Of a stretch of DNA of 64,000 nt, positions 12,343-25,399 are shown in pieces. This stretch comes from Vicugna vicugna (taxonomy: Eukaryota). The position numbers and the translations under genes were made by a program. The notes below the pieces were generated by a model. It made no database searches. It had not been told where the DNA came from and saw nothing but the letters and a program-made list of their open reading frames with translations. Each line of letters starts with the position of its first letter. The first letter of the stretch is position 1. The stretch covers positions 1,686,753 to 1,750,752 of the forward strand of contig MU057560.1 in the NCBI GenBank assembly GCA_013265495.1. The letters run 5' to 3'.

Positions 12343-12450
12343 GTGGTGGTCGTGCTGGTGCTGGTGGCGGCCGGTGGTGGTGGTGGTGGTGGCAGGTGGC
12401 AGGTGGTGGCAGGTGGTGGTGGCGGCAGGTGGTGGTGGTGGCAGGTGGGG
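12343..12450. repeat. (GGT)n/(GGTGGCA)n G-rich simple repeat
   Basis: ggtggtggtggtggtggtggcaggtggcaggtggtggcagg. Confidence 0.9.
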
Positions 12451-13219
12451 GGATGCAGCCCAGCAGCGGGAAGAGGGGCACACGCAGCAGCAGCCAAAAC
12501 CCTTAGAGGGGACACACAGAACCCAGGTCTTGGATGGCCAGAGGTGACATCCTAGGTCAGGTGACACTGAAGCTGATCTGACAGTTTGGGCTGGACTGGC
12601 CGGGCAGTTGTGGGTGTTGGTGGGAGGCGGGGGGACGTGCAGGACACAGGCTCGGACCTAAGGCGTGTTCAGGTCGGGGGCTGCTCACGGGAGGGAGGGT
12701 TCGGGAGTCGAGGTGTAGGGAGAAGTGGGCAGAGGCCAAGGGCTCCAGCCAAGCCAAGGGTCAGGCCTTTCCAAGGGTGGCTGCCATGCTGAGGAAGGTT
12801 CCTGAGGTGAAGAAGGGCAAGGCCTCAGAAGCCACGGAGCCCCTCCCTGACCCCAGGCTGTGCTCGGCCCCTCGTGTTGTCTCTCTAATCCTCCCGCTAC
12901 CGTCGCCTCCACAGTGTCTCATCTCGAGGGGATGTCTTCACACCTACAAGGGTTGAGCCTTTAGAACATTCTCTGAAGGATGCAGCTCACCTGGATTCAT
13001 CCACCTTCCCCCACGACCCCCTAACAGCAGAAGCGAGAACCGGTGTGGCTGACGGCGCTAAGATGGCCCCAGGGATGCCCGTCCGGGCACTCCCAGCCTC
13101 TTGTGATCCCCTCCCCGTGGACACCTGTTGCTCCGGACCCAACACAGCAACCACAACGTGAGGGTGGTTCGGTGGTGAGGTTACGGAGGGTCGTGCCTCC
13201 CGTCCTGCCAGCACTCCCT

Positions 13220-13254
13220 CTATCTCTCTCTCTCTCTCTCTGTCTGTCTTTCTC
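13220..13254. repeat. (CT)n microsatellite
   Basis: ctatctctctctctctctctctgtctgtctttctct. Confidence 0.85.
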
Positions 13255-13289
13255 TGAGGCACCTTCTGTGTTAGAAAGTCACATCACAA

Positions 13290-13541
13290 AGAACAGAGGG
13301 TGGCCTCTGTCCAACAGCCCTCAGTAAAGTAAGGCCTTAGAACGGAGCTTAATCAAAGACCTTTCCCTAGTGGAGTGTTCAGACGAGACCACGGCTCTGG
13401 CCAGCAGCCGGCCTGCAGCCTCGGGGAGGAGTGTAAACAGAGGACCCAGACTTCTGAGCCACAGACATGGAGGCAAAATGTGTGCGGGCTCCAGCTGCTC
13501 AGTCCCAGGGTCACTTGTTACACAGCAAAGATAACTGATGC
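13290..13541 (+). mobile_element. MaLR LTR fragment (MLT1E/F-like)
   Basis: gagaccacggctctggcc..ctgcagcctc..cagaggacccagacttctgagccacaga..ttgttacacagcaaagataactga. Confidence 0.7.
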
Positions 13542-14929
13542 TACCGTGTTCCGTACCTTGAGATGGTATCTAAATCAGGATTTCATGAAGACAGTGAAGG
13601 GACTGAAAATTCCTGGACCCGCAAGTCTGGCATAAAACATATACTCTGCTCATTTCAACGTAATTACACACCACAAATGACACAGTGTGCAGTAGGGTTT
13701 GAATATTAACTTTCGATTCCATCCCCAATAGGCCATTGCTTTTTTAAAAAATGAGCCAGGTGTGGTTATGGTCACAGGCTCTGTCCTGGTCCTCTCTGAA
13801 CCCCATCTGTCCGGGCTGCTTGGATTCCACGTGGCCATCGCCACCAGGCTTTTGTTGGTTTCATTTCCTGTGTCTGGACCTGTTTCCATTTCCAGAAAAA
13901 GAGTCTTATTTTAAGTGCTGAGTCTCTGCCGGTGGAATTCCTGAGGAGAGTTTGCTCCTCTCCTGTGAAACACCTGCCACCACACATCCCCACAGCAGGG
14001 TCCTCCCGCTGTGCCCCATGCGCCCCCGCAGACGCTCAGAGCTTCACGCCACTGGCCTTCGCGGCTCTGTGTCCTGAGCTGCCCGGACCCAGCGAGCAAC
14101 AGGGGATGGGCAGGTGGACTTTTCACCTGCTTACTCCTTGGAGACAGACCCGAGGCTGAAATACAGAGGAGCCCCTCACTCTGCTCTGCGTCTTGGTCAT
14201 CCTCCGGCACTGCCTCACCTGTTCACTCCCCCTGCTCACACGTGCTCACGTACACATGCACACTTACACACGCGTGCACGGACCTGCCTGTGAGCCATCA
14301 TGAACCACCTGTAGGGACGTAACAGCCCAAGAGTGGGGTTTCTTAGCCCAGGCTGGCTGGTATTGCAGAACCTCCAGACTGCTGAGACCAGACTTCTTAC
14401 CCGAAACATTAGCGAGCAACACAGAAGCACACGCCTGGGAGTTAACTGGGTGGTGCCATCTCTGAGTAGTAAGACCATCATGTTATCTGGGGAAGAATTC
14501 TATCTTATTCCCCTTGGTGCTTGTCAACTTTCTTGACGTGCCTTTCTCGAAACACATAGTTGTTGTTAAATAAAACAGTCTGGTCTTAAACAGGAGTGAC
14601 AAAACAGATATCAAGGGCTCTATCCTGGTCTTGGAAAGTCGGTCCCCAGACCAGGTTACTGCCAAGAACGTCCAACCATTTTGACAGTCACTTTGTGCTC
14701 CTATCTAACATTCATCACTATTTTCAACTCTCGAGCAGGTTACAGGTTAGTATATTTCTAATTTGAAGCAAAGGAAAACAGCCAAGTGAATTCTCAGCAA
14801 ATTCCGATATTTGTGATGGAAACTTGCATGCTGTCTGTCCTTGGATGGATCTGAAAATGTTATCTGTTAAGCCTCATAATGTACTGAGCGCCAATCCCTG
14901 CGATCCTCTGTAGAACTGCAGTGAACATG

Positions 14930-15180
14930 GCAAACATGTCCCTAGCACCTACCGTGTGTCAGGTGCTGCTCTGGGTTTCAGAGATTTCAATTCTCTCAAC
15001 CCCGGAACTGACGCTATGACACGAAGGGCTGTTAGTAACATTCCCGGGGTACAGGGGAGGAAACGCGGGCAGAGACGCTGAGTCACTTGCCTGGGTCACA
15101 CAGCTGATAATTTAGGGCTGTGCTTTGAGCCTAAGCAGGGTGGAAAGGACGTTGGTGTTTAACCACTGCACTACAGTGCC
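14930..15180 (-). mobile_element. Near full-length MIR
   Basis: agcacctaccgtgtgtcaggtgctgctct..acaggggaggaaacgcgggcagaga..cttgcctgggtcacacagct..ttaaccactgcactacagtgcc. Confidence 0.75.
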
Positions 15181-16929
15181 CGTTTGGTCCGACTGAGTCT
15201 TTTAACTGTATTGTTCATGTGAGAGAGACAGAGAATAGGAATTATAAATAATGAAGAGATGGGCCTGATTCCATCTCTTGGCTCAACTGCTGGACCCCAC
15301 GAGGACATCTTGTGAAAGGACCAGAGGAATTATAGAAACCCAAGCACGGGCTGACATCACTGTGCTGCCGGAGGCAGAGGGCACTGCATCCTCTGAGTGA
15401 AGGCGGGACTGAAAGGGAAGGAGCACAAAGGGACAGAGAATGACAGAAGGACCCCCAGGGGATTCAATTACAGTCTAGGCAGAAAACAATGCCCCACACC
15501 CGTCGCTCAGCAAATAACGTGATTTTACAACACTTAGTGAAACATCTTACGAGAAATTAGATCCACTTGGCTTTGGCTCAGTTCAGAAGAAGGTGCTTGG
15601 AGAAACTTACCCTCGTACCCAGAAGAGTCCACCAAGAGAAGTACTATTTCAACTGACTCGGCCAAAAGAAATTTCACTTTTATGAGAAACTGACGACTCT
15701 TTCTCATGGGCTGTGAAATGAATACTCTTCATACGGCTCTGAGGGATATTTTTCTTGGTATCTCCCAACGTGTTCCCACCTGTTTTATCTTATTTTATGG
15801 TTCACCACTTCACGAAGCAAGAAAGATGAGAATCAGCCTTACCGTCAATAAAACGCAAGCGGCGTCCTCTCCCACGGAACAGCTGTTAAACAGAAACAGA
15901 GTGACGTTCCTGGAGGGGCTGGATTTGCATACCTGGTGCCCGTTAACCAGTCATCTCCTCGTTCGGTCGTCCGTTCTCTCCCCGGTTACAGGTAAACAAC
16001 CGCGGCCCAGACAGACCGAATGACTTGCCAAGGTTTCCACGCCCATCTTTCGATTCACGTGTCGCTTTTCTCCTAGTGCCCACTGGACCTGAAATGCCTA
16101 TCTCACGTTTGAGTGAAACAGACTATATTCTCCCTCAGATGGGCTGCAGCCAATTATGTGGGGCCAACATTTCCAACACAAAAACTTTTCCAGAATAAAA
16201 ATGATTACACAAAGGGCAGTTTTATTCGATGCACTTTGGAAGCTTTGAAAGGTGCCTCCAATCAGCAAGCAGCTGGATAATAATTTAAGCCAAATCTGTG
16301 GTTGTTTAAAGAAAATCAAAACATGTGACATTGTTTAATTCTGTGCAGCAGCGCTGTCTCCAGCGCAGCGCAGGACAGAGGCTCTAAAAGCCACCGCACT
16401 TTGCAGCTAGGAGCCCCGTACGAGGTTTTACCTTGCGCAGATGGCATGATATAAAGCCGTTAGGAGCATTATTTATTTCAAAATGTTTGCATTGAAAACA
16501 TGGAGAGACAACACATCTCCAATTTAAGAACATCCGAGGGCAGAGAAAGCAGAGCTACATCGAAGATCTGTGATTTCAAATAAAACTTCTGATGAAGGAC
16601 ATTTTAGAAATAATTATAAACACATCAGTTACTTAGACAATGAAATTTCTAAGTCTTTACAGTAAATGGCCCGGGGCCCTATTGACATAAGAAATAGTGC
16701 TTCCATCCAGAATCTTCTGGACACAGCTTAGGACGCACTCATGCATCGGATCGGAGCACAGCAAACATCAGTTTGTATCCAGTTCTTGAATTTAAAAATA
16801 CACGTGCTCTATCGATATACTTCTCCTATAGCGTCTGGAATCAGTGCTCCCATGGGGTGGAGGTTATGTTTAAAATCAGGTGAGTTTACTCTTTTGTTTA
16901 AAAACCCTTTGGCGGCACATTCTTGATGC

Positions 16930-17132
16930 CAGGGTTGGCCGACTGCAGCCTGACAGCCAAATCTGGCAGCTGCCTGGGTTTATATGGTCCTTGGGCTGAA
17001 GATGGTTTTACATTTTTATAGGATGGTGAAAAAAAAATAGTAAATAAAGAAAATGCAAAGAGACTGGATATGGCCCACAAAGCTTAAAATAGTTTCTATG
17101 GGTCCTGTACAGAAAAAGTGTGCCAACCCCTG
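16930..17132 (+). mobile_element. hAT-Charlie MITE, MER58C-like
   Basis: Terminal inverted repeats cagggttggc / gccaacccctg; internal gatggtttttacattttt and tggcccacaaagcttaaaata..acagaaaaagtgtgcc. Confidence 0.85.
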
Positions 17133-17239
17133 GTCTACAAAACAAAATCCAAACTCCTGGTCTTGGCGTCCAAGAGCCTTCCTTAGTGAGCCCAGAACAT
17201 TTCTCTAGCTTAATCCTTTGCCTCCTCCCCCATCCAAGC

Positions 17240-17720
17240 CATCAAGTTACTATTACTGCACAACAGGCTACCCCAAAATGTAGTAGCTTAAAACAACCAC
17301 TTTGTTGTAACCCTGGATGCAGTCGGTGAAGAGCCAAGGACGTGGGAGAAGGGCTGCTTCTGCGCCGTGATGCCCGCTCGGGCCGGGCGTTCTGCAGCCG
17401 GGGGCTGTGATCGCCCGGCGGCAGCTTCTCCCCCGTCTAACTCCACGGCAGTGACTGCTGCTGTCTGAGCCCCACGTGGCCTGAGTTTCCTCACAGCAGG
17501 GTGACCCCGGGGCAGCCAAAATTTGGACATGGCGACACAGGGCACCAAACACCAGTGAGTGTTCCAGAGACAAGGCAGGAACCACGTCACCTCCTCCGAT
17601 GCCCCCGGAGAAGCTACGCGGGTAACCCCCGCCACATTCTAACGCTTCTGAGCGAGGGCAAAGGGAGGGACTGTGGGCCCTGCCGGGTAATGGGAGGGGC
17701 GGCGCGGCCTGAGGATGGGA
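17240..17720 (-). mobile_element. Old MaLR LTR (MLT1J/K-like)
   Basis: caagttactattactgcacaacaggctaccccaaaatgtagtagcttaaaacaacc start; heavily diverged. Confidence 0.55.
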
Positions 17721-19344
17721 GTGCAACCCCAGGAGGCTTCTCCGAGGAGTCTCCCTTCCCTAAGCCGGTCACACGCTCTGTAATTCAGAGCCGTGCACAC
17801 TTCTGCCTTCTGCGTGAGCGTCCCTGCCTCCCTCCCCAGCGCACTCCTAGACATGCATCAGGGCCCCACAGGGTCGCCCACAAGGAGCTTCTCCCCTGGC
17901 GTGTGCCCGCAGAGAGCTCATAGGCTGCGAGGGGGGAGAATGCACATCTGGAGGGGTGACTAACAATTGAAGGCAACAGACGATAAATAAAAAGATCAAT
18001 TGATGTTTCTGAAAAACTTTGTTCTGCAGAAAAGTTGCCCATTTGAAAACTGGCTCGTAGCAATGGAGAAATTGAACAGCTGGAACACGTGCTGGTGACC
18101 TGAAACAGTGGTCACCTCGCTGGCCAGAAGCAGGGCCCCGCTGCAGTTGGGACTGGCCCTAAAGACCCTGTTAGGTCCCAGAGCCCGTCCCCAAGTCCAC
18201 ACCAGGGACCTGAGGACACGCTGGGGCTTGATTCTGTCTTGGCCGCCCCCGACGGGAGGCTCCTCTTCACCGTCCATCTGGCTTCCATGTCTCAGTGAAG
18301 GGCAGCCCCACCGCCCGCGCACCTTCAGCTCTGTGTCCTTCGTGATGAAACCCAAAGACGCGGCCGTGCTGACCGAGCAGGTCCCTTCTCACAGGGACAG
18401 TCTGCGGGCTACTGAACAGAGCTGCTCCCACAGGGCCCGCCCGGGAGCAGTCACGTTGAACACAGCGTGCAGGAGGGGACTCGTCCCTTAAACTGGGTTG
18501 AAACGCCCCTCCTGTCTCCACGGCAAGCATAGTGCTCATGGCACCAACGGCCAGCCAGCCCGGCGGTCCCCACCTGGAAAGACGGCAGACAAGAGGCCTC
18601 ACCGTCCAGCCAGCCTCCCGCTTGCCTGTGGCGCGTCCCACAGCCCCAGCAGAGCACACCTGCACGTTTCTCATTACGTAGGAATGACACAGAAAAAGAG
18701 TCACCCAAAGGTTCCACCTTTTCCTAGATCGAAGAACTTAGCAATAAATGGCTTGACATAAACAGACATTACTTTACCCACAATCCAGTCCCTAACCCCA
18801 CAGCCAGTGAGGGCCGGGGGGTCTGTGGTCAGAGGAAACAGAGTGCAAGCAGGGGCACCCGCACAGTCCGAGGGACAGAAATCTTTCGAAAATGTGATTG
18901 CTTTCTTAAAAAGCATGTTTGGAATGTATTTACTGACCCCTTTTCTTCGGACTCGCGGTCACCTTTACGGACCCAGTCCCTTCTCGGGCACAGTGGCCTC
19001 CTCGAGGGCCAGTGAGACGGCACGGGCGGCAGGGGCGGCAGCCGCGGGCTTGGGCTGTGGCGTTTCTGAGCTCCCACGCATTTTTGGATCCCTGGGGCCA
19101 CGCTGTCTGCCCGGCCATTGGCAGGTCATGGCCAGGGTTCCTTTGTCCGCACCCCGTCACTTCCAGCTTGCGTCCAGCTGTTGTCACCTAGGAAATCAAA
19201 TAACCAAGCTCGTCTGAGATTTAAAAGACTTCAAATTAGAGCAAACAGGCCGAAGGCAGCGTCCCCGGGAGCCGAGCGCGTGTGTTCAGCGTGTGGGTTT
19301 GGCGGCGACGCCGCCTGCCTGATAGGCTTTGCGCTTTTTGTCCC

Positions 19345-20300
19345 AATTATTTATTTAACAAACATTGACAGACCAGGCCCCGCTGCAGGAATGAAGCTGT
19401 GAAGAAAACAGACGAAGACCCCTGACTTGGGGAGAAACAAGAGTCCGTGGGTTAGCAAGAGACAAGGCACCCGAGGCAGTAGGTGCAACGGGGAGGCTGA
19501 AGCAGGGGCCAAAGCTCGGGACTGAGAGCCGAGGAGACAGGCCAGGACGTCTGAGCAGGGACCCGGCTGGAGGAGGGAGGAGCCGCGCGGAGGCCAGCGG
19601 GGGACGTCCCAGGTGAAGGGGACAGCCAGGCAGCGCCTCGGAGTGTGGAGACACCCTCACGGGGTCCTGCGGGCTCCCCGGCACCTGGGCTCTGACTTGG
19701 GAGACGGGGAGATAACGAAGGGCTCTGAGCTGAGAGCGACGTGATGTCACGTTGTGAAAGCACCCCTCCAGCCACAGGTTGCAAACAGGGATGGAAGGGA
19801 AAGCAGAAGTGGGGAGCCAGTGAGGGCCGCTGCAGCCACCCAGCGGGGACAGACGGTGGCCCGGGCCCCTGTGGGCGCAGTAACGGGGTGGGGGGCTCAG
19901 ATCCTGTGTGTGATGACAGGATAAGCCCAGGAGGGTTTGCTGGCATTTCAACGTGGGACGTGAGGAAAGGGGGCAAGGCTCCAAGGTTCCCGTCATGACC
20001 ACCGGGAAGAGGTGAGCTGGTACTGCCTGGGAGGCGGGTGGATGTGTTCAGGATGCCCGTTCGGGGTCTAAGTGGAGAGACCAGTAAACCGTGGGATGTG
20101 TGATTTGGGAAGCGTCTGGGCTGGAGAAGCAAGCAGGGCAGTTATCAGCAGAACAGGGCAGAAAGTGACGATTCTGAGGAGTCACAGAGGCTGACGTCAC
20201 CTTGGGGTGGGACCTGAGTCACCGCAACGTTTAGGGCTCAGAAACGAGAACCAGCCGGGAGGGCTACGAAGGACGGGGTGGACGGAAGGAAGGCGGGGGC
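19345..20300 (-). mobile_element. L2 LINE remnant
   Basis: ttatttaacaaacatt tail, then L2-like purine-rich blocks (gaagggctctgagctgagagcgacgtgatgtc..gaaagcacccctccagcc; tctgggctggaga). Confidence 0.6.
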
Positions 20301-21154
20301 AGGGGCCCCCCACACCAAGTGAACAAGTCACCCAGTATGGGGGGGTGCTGCCCCGAGCATCAGCTTCGTGAGGGTCGTTCATCCAGTAACAGCGGTGCGG
20401 GGTCCGAGACAGCGTTCAAGGAGGGACCCTGGAGGCAGTGAGCGTGGCACCCCGGTCCTGTGCGCTTTATAGACGGAAGGTGGCGGGAGGATGGCAGGAG
20501 AGGAGAGGGGGTCAGGGATAGGCTCCAAAGACAGGGAGATAACACCACTTTGTAGGCTGCACGGGAAGATCCTATAAAAAGGGGAACATCGATGATGCAA
20601 AGGAAAGAAAAAGTGCTGGCCAAGGTTGGAAAACCGACAAGGAGGGCTGGGCCCCATGCCCCAGGGAGAAGGTGCGTCTCAGCCGTGAGCGGAGCTCACC
20701 CCAGGGACGGCCGGGACGCAGCTCTGATGCTGGCGGGGGCTGGGGGCCTGGCTGGGGGAAGGACAGAGATGCCGTCCCCTCCCTGCACATGCTGCCCGTG
20801 CTCCCCACGGGGAGGGACTGCGTTAAGCACCTGGTGTTTGGCTGGGCTCAGCTTTCCCTGCTGCAGCGTGATCTGTATTTATCGTGTATTAATGCCACTC
20901 ACCCATTTAGAGCCACTAATGAAAACAGTTTATGTACGAAATGAAAACAATTTGCGTAGCCAGTGGCTAATCCTATGACACTTGGAGAAGCATTAAACAT
21001 TCAGAACATGAAATTCAGTAAGGCGCACGCTGGGTGTCCAATTTACCGCAAGACGTGGGGACCCGGAGCAGATTCTAATTCCAGCTGACCTGGTTGGATG
21101 CCGCCAGAAAGAGCGAGAGCTACGTCCTTGTCTGCCACCCCGGGAGCAGCAAGG

Positions 21155-21370
21155 GGGCTCCTGGACAGAACGCAGACTCTGGGGTGACTCAGAGCTGGGT
21201 TCCAATGGCCACTCCCCCGCCTTCCTGCGTGTGCCCCTGGGGAAGGCGCTTAACTCTCCTGAGTCCCTGTTCCGGATCTTACATCGGCTTCTAAAGTTAA
21301 CTGTCAGGATTCCATGGGGTCCCGTCCAGAAAGTACAGTGTCTGGTCCCCGGGAGGCACGTGGGAAATCC
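21155..21370 (+). mobile_element. MIR
   Basis: agactctggggtgactcagagctgggttccaat..tgtgcccctggggaaggcgcttaactctcctgagtccctgtt. Confidence 0.65.
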
Positions 21371-21569
21371 CAATGCTTTCCTCCCCAGGACTGCGCTTCA
21401 GAGCGAGTAGAGCTTTATTCTCCACGAAGGACACACACACAGAGGTAGGAAGGGAAGCTGGGAGTCGGGTCAAACCACAGAAGACGCTACATCAGAGGCG
21501 GGAGAGGAAAGGGAGGCCCAAGGGGGAGCGTGCACAGAGGACCCCTTGTGGGGCAAGGGTCGGCAGACA

Positions 21570-21900
21570 CTCAGGCCACCTGAGTGTCACCTGGGTGCTG
21601 TGAATTCTTGCTTTTCTCCTGCGGGGCACAAAGCAGGCTTTGCAGCTTAGAGGCAGGTGGGGAGGGAGCTAACGTCCCCATGGGGAGGGGTGACAGGCGG
21701 TTGGTCGACCCTGAGTTTGTCCCACACGCTGTCCCAGAGGCCCCAGGGCAGGTTACTGCTGTCCCCGCAGCAGTGGCCTGCTCATCCACCAGCCTTCTGT
21801 TGACTGTCCTCCCTGCCTCACGTCCCCACCCCTTCATCGTGCTTCCTGGAATCCCCCTCCCCATCCCAAATAGACTTACGGGCGCCCTCATCCTCAGGGC
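21570..21900 (+). mobile_element. Possible ERVL LTR remnant (LTR16/LTR33/LTR41 group)
   Basis: gcttcctggaatccccctccccatcccaaatagactt..atcctcagggc resembles the ERVL LTR 3' end. Confidence 0.35.
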
Positions 21901-22666
21901 AAGGGGGGCAGGTCAGAGCTGGACGGATGTGCGTTGAGCTGAGCAGGGTCCGGGCGGTGTCAGCCATCACATCATCCGGACCGGAGGCCCTGAGGGAAAC
22001 GCACTGCAGCCTGTTCGGAAAGAAACACCTCTTGTGGGGAGAGGTAGGTCCTGAGGCCAGTGATAGACGCCTTGCCAGGGGGTGCACTGCCTCCCAGAAC
22101 GCCAGCTGGCCGAGAGAGGGGACCTGAGCACAGAGAGACACACACAGATGTTTTGCCAAGAAGCAGGATGTAAAAGAAGGTCAGAGCCGCGTGGAGGGTC
22201 TTGCAGAGAAAGTGCGGGGCTGCGTGAGCCGGCAGGTCCCCTCCCTGCAGTGACGGGCGGCCCCCGGCCACAGGGACCAGATGTGGCCTCCATCACTTCC
22301 CCCAACGCACATGCGCCTCGCAGGCCCGGCCAAGCCACGGGCTTGACGCCCTCGCAGGCCTCGGTGGCCCTGTCATGACTGCCGAGTCTGTGATGGAGAA
22401 CGCTCCGGGCACCACGCTGGGTCCTACCGCAGTCGGAACTGAGACTCCGCCAGCCTCAGGCGCTGGACCAAAGCTCTCACTGGAGTAAATAAACCTGCCA
22501 CTGATTCTGTGAACTTCAAACATCCCCAAGGGGGACAAACCCTGGCACGCTGTTGCTTTGGTGCTGGAAGGAGACTCCGTGGCCCCCGGGGAGTGAGTCC
22601 CATCACTGGTGAGAACTCCGTCCCCCCACCAGTGCTTCCTGCACCTTGGAAAACAAACATGCTAAG

Positions 22667-22986
22667 TGCTGTGTTCTGAATGTCTCCCCCTAAACACGTG
22701 TGTTAAAACCCGCCCCCCAACATGACGGTATCAGGAGGTGGGGCCTCTCGGAGGTGATCAGGTCACGAGGGCAGACACCCGACGGGATTCGTGCTTTTAC
22801 AGAAGGGACCCCGGAGAGCCCCCTGCCCCTTCCGCCCTGGGCGGACGCAGGGGAGCTGTGTCTGCGACCCGGGGAGCTGGCCTTCCCCAACACTGAGCCG
22901 CCTGCTCTTGGTCGCCGAGTCCCCAGAACGGTGGGAAAAGCCCGACCCCCGTCTGTGGTGGTGTCACAGCCGCCTGAACTGAGACT
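22667..22986 (+). mobile_element. MaLR solo LTR (MLT1A-like)
   Basis: tgctgtgttctgaatgtctccccctaaacacgtgtgttaaaac..ggaggtggggcctctcggaggtgatcaggtcacgaggg..ccagaacggtggga..gaactgagac. Confidence 0.85.
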
Positions 22987-23794
22987 GTTAGCAAGAGGAT
23001 GCTCCTTGCAGTTACTAAGCATTTAAAGCTAAATGTGAACTAAGTTTATGGCAAATCAGACCCCGAAACACCTACTGCTTACAGTGTCCGATGGAGACGT
23101 TTCTCTGCCCCAGCTTCTCCCTCGCCCCCGTCTCGCCAGACGAGAGTGCCCGCTGCTCGTGCGCTGCCTTGGCACGTGTCATCCCCGAGCCTGCGGATGA
23201 GTTACAGCACAGCCTGCAGGGAAGGTGGTACCCTCCCCTCCTTTCTGTTACTTTATTTTCTATTTACCTATGGAATGGTTGGCTGTAATAAATGGTCATT
23301 TTGTCTTTCATTAACGTGTGGTAATAGTTCTCACTTAATTTTCCGAGGTAGAAAAGGAAACTGTCATTTGTGTGACTTAGAGAGTTCTAAAGGCAGATCC
23401 AGATTTGAAATTTGCTCAGTGGAGCAAAAATCCACAAAGCATGGGCTCTGGGTCAGATCTCAGAGGTGGTCAATCGTGGGAGCCTCCGTGGTTGAATCAC
23501 TGAAATCCAGGGGAAATCCCAGACTGGAAACATCATTACTCGTCTGTCTCTGCCCACTCAGTTGTCACCACTCCATGTTGCATGGTGGCATCACGAAGCC
23601 ATCCTACGAGCAAGAGGAAAGGGCCGAAGAGCCAAGCTAGTGCTGTGAGAAATGCCTATAATTCTTTTACTTAGAAATATGAATAAAACTTGATGTACTC
23701 CTAGAAACACAATGCCATAATAGATAAAGTTTAGCCTTTTTTTGCCTTACACTTTCCAGTGGTTGGGTTAAACTTCACGGAAGGACACACGCCC

Positions 23795-25325
23795 TTCTTT
23801 TCTTTTAAAGACTGCACTTTTAAAGCAGTTTTAGGTTCACAGCCAAACTGTGAGGAAGGTACAGAGATCTCCCACTAACCCTTCATTATGCATATGCACA
23901 CCCCACCGGATGGTACACTGTTACGTCCTGAACCTGCGCTGACACGTCGGTCACCCCCGGTTCACAGTAAAGCCACACTCTTGGTGTGGCACATCCTATG
24001 GGTCTGGATGATGACGTGTCATCCAGAACACTTCCACTGCCCTCAGAATCTGCATAGACCCCATTCCACGCCACCCTACTGCCCCCAAACCCTACAATCA
24101 CTGATCTTTTTACAGAATCCACAGTTCTACCTTTTCCAGAATGTCATATAGTTGGAATCTTAGAGTCTGTAGCCTTTTCAGACTGGCTTCTGTCAGGTGG
24201 TCAGATGCATTTGTTTCCTCCACGTCTTTTCATGACTTGACAGCTCACTTCTTTTTAGTGCTGAGTAACATTTTACTGTCTGGATGCACCACAATGTGTT
24301 TATCCATTCACCTCCTGAAGGGCATCTTGGCTGCTTCCAAGTTTTGGCAATTATGAATAAAGCTGCTACAAACACCCACATGCAGGTTTTTTGTGGACAC
24401 CCACGTTGAACTCCTCTTGGTAACAACCAGAGTCTAGTTGCTGGATCATGTGGTTAGAATATGCTTAGTTTTGTAGGAAATCACCAAAAGTCTTCCAAAG
24501 TGGCTGCACCATATTGCATTCCCATTAACAATGAATGGGAGCTCCTGCTGCCCCACTGCTCACCAGAATCTGCTGCTGTCGGTGTCTGGGTTCTGGCCAT
24601 TCTAACAGACGGGCAGCGGTATCTCTGCATTGCCCTGATGGCATATAATGAGTAGCATCTTTTTGTACGCTTAAATTCCATCTGTACATCTTCTCTGGTG
24701 AGATACCTGTGAAGGTTTTCGGCCCATTTCTCAAATGGGTTGTTCTCCTACTGTTGAGTTCTGGGCGTTCGTTGTATATTTTGGGCGACAGTCCTTCATC
24801 AGATGCGTCTTTTGCTAACAGTTTCTCCCAGCCTGTGGCTTGTCTGTTTACTCTCTTGACATTGCTTTTGCAGAGCGGACATTTTAGCTTTGATGAAGTC
24901 CAGCTTATTGATTATTTCTCACATGGAGGGTGCCTCAGTATTGTATCTAAAAACTCATCACCGTACCCAAGAGCTAGGATTTCTCGATGTTATCTTCAAA
25001 GCATTTTATAGTTTTTTTATTTTGAATTTAGGACAATAATCTATTTTGAGTTCATTTTTGTGAAAGATAGAACGTCTGTGTCTCAGTATGTTTTTTGCCC
25101 ACGGCTGTCCAGTTGTTCCAACACCGTTTCTTGAAAAGATTATTTCTGCTCCACTGTATTACCTTTGATCTGTTGTCAAAGATTAATTGCCTGTATTTGT
25201 GCGGGTGTGTTTCTGGGCTCTCTATTCTGTTCCATGGGTCTGTTTGTTCTTCCACTAACACCATGATGTCTTGACTGTCGTAGCTTTTATAGTAATCCTG
25301 AGGTTGGGTAGTTCACTCCTCCAAC
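23795..25325 (-). mobile_element. L1MC1/2-like LINE, 3' 1.5 kb
   Basis: 3' end aaagcagttttaggttcacagc..gtacagagat; minus ORFs DPWNRIESPETHPHKYRQLIFDNRSKVIQW and AALFIIAKTWKQPRCPSGGEWINTLWCI are L1 ORF2 remnants. Confidence 0.9.
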
Positions 25326-25399
25326 TTGCGGTATCGCACAGATGCTGCGTAGACATGAGAAGCTGAAGGTCAATATAAAATTTCTAACAGCATCACTGA

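Noticed and set aside
11860..12567. Signal-peptide-like and poly-W/P/G ORFs
   Set aside because: Translations of simple repeats
19355..20132. Minus ORFs of 215 and 226 aa
   Set aside because: They lie within a GC-shifted L2 remnant and show no RT motifs
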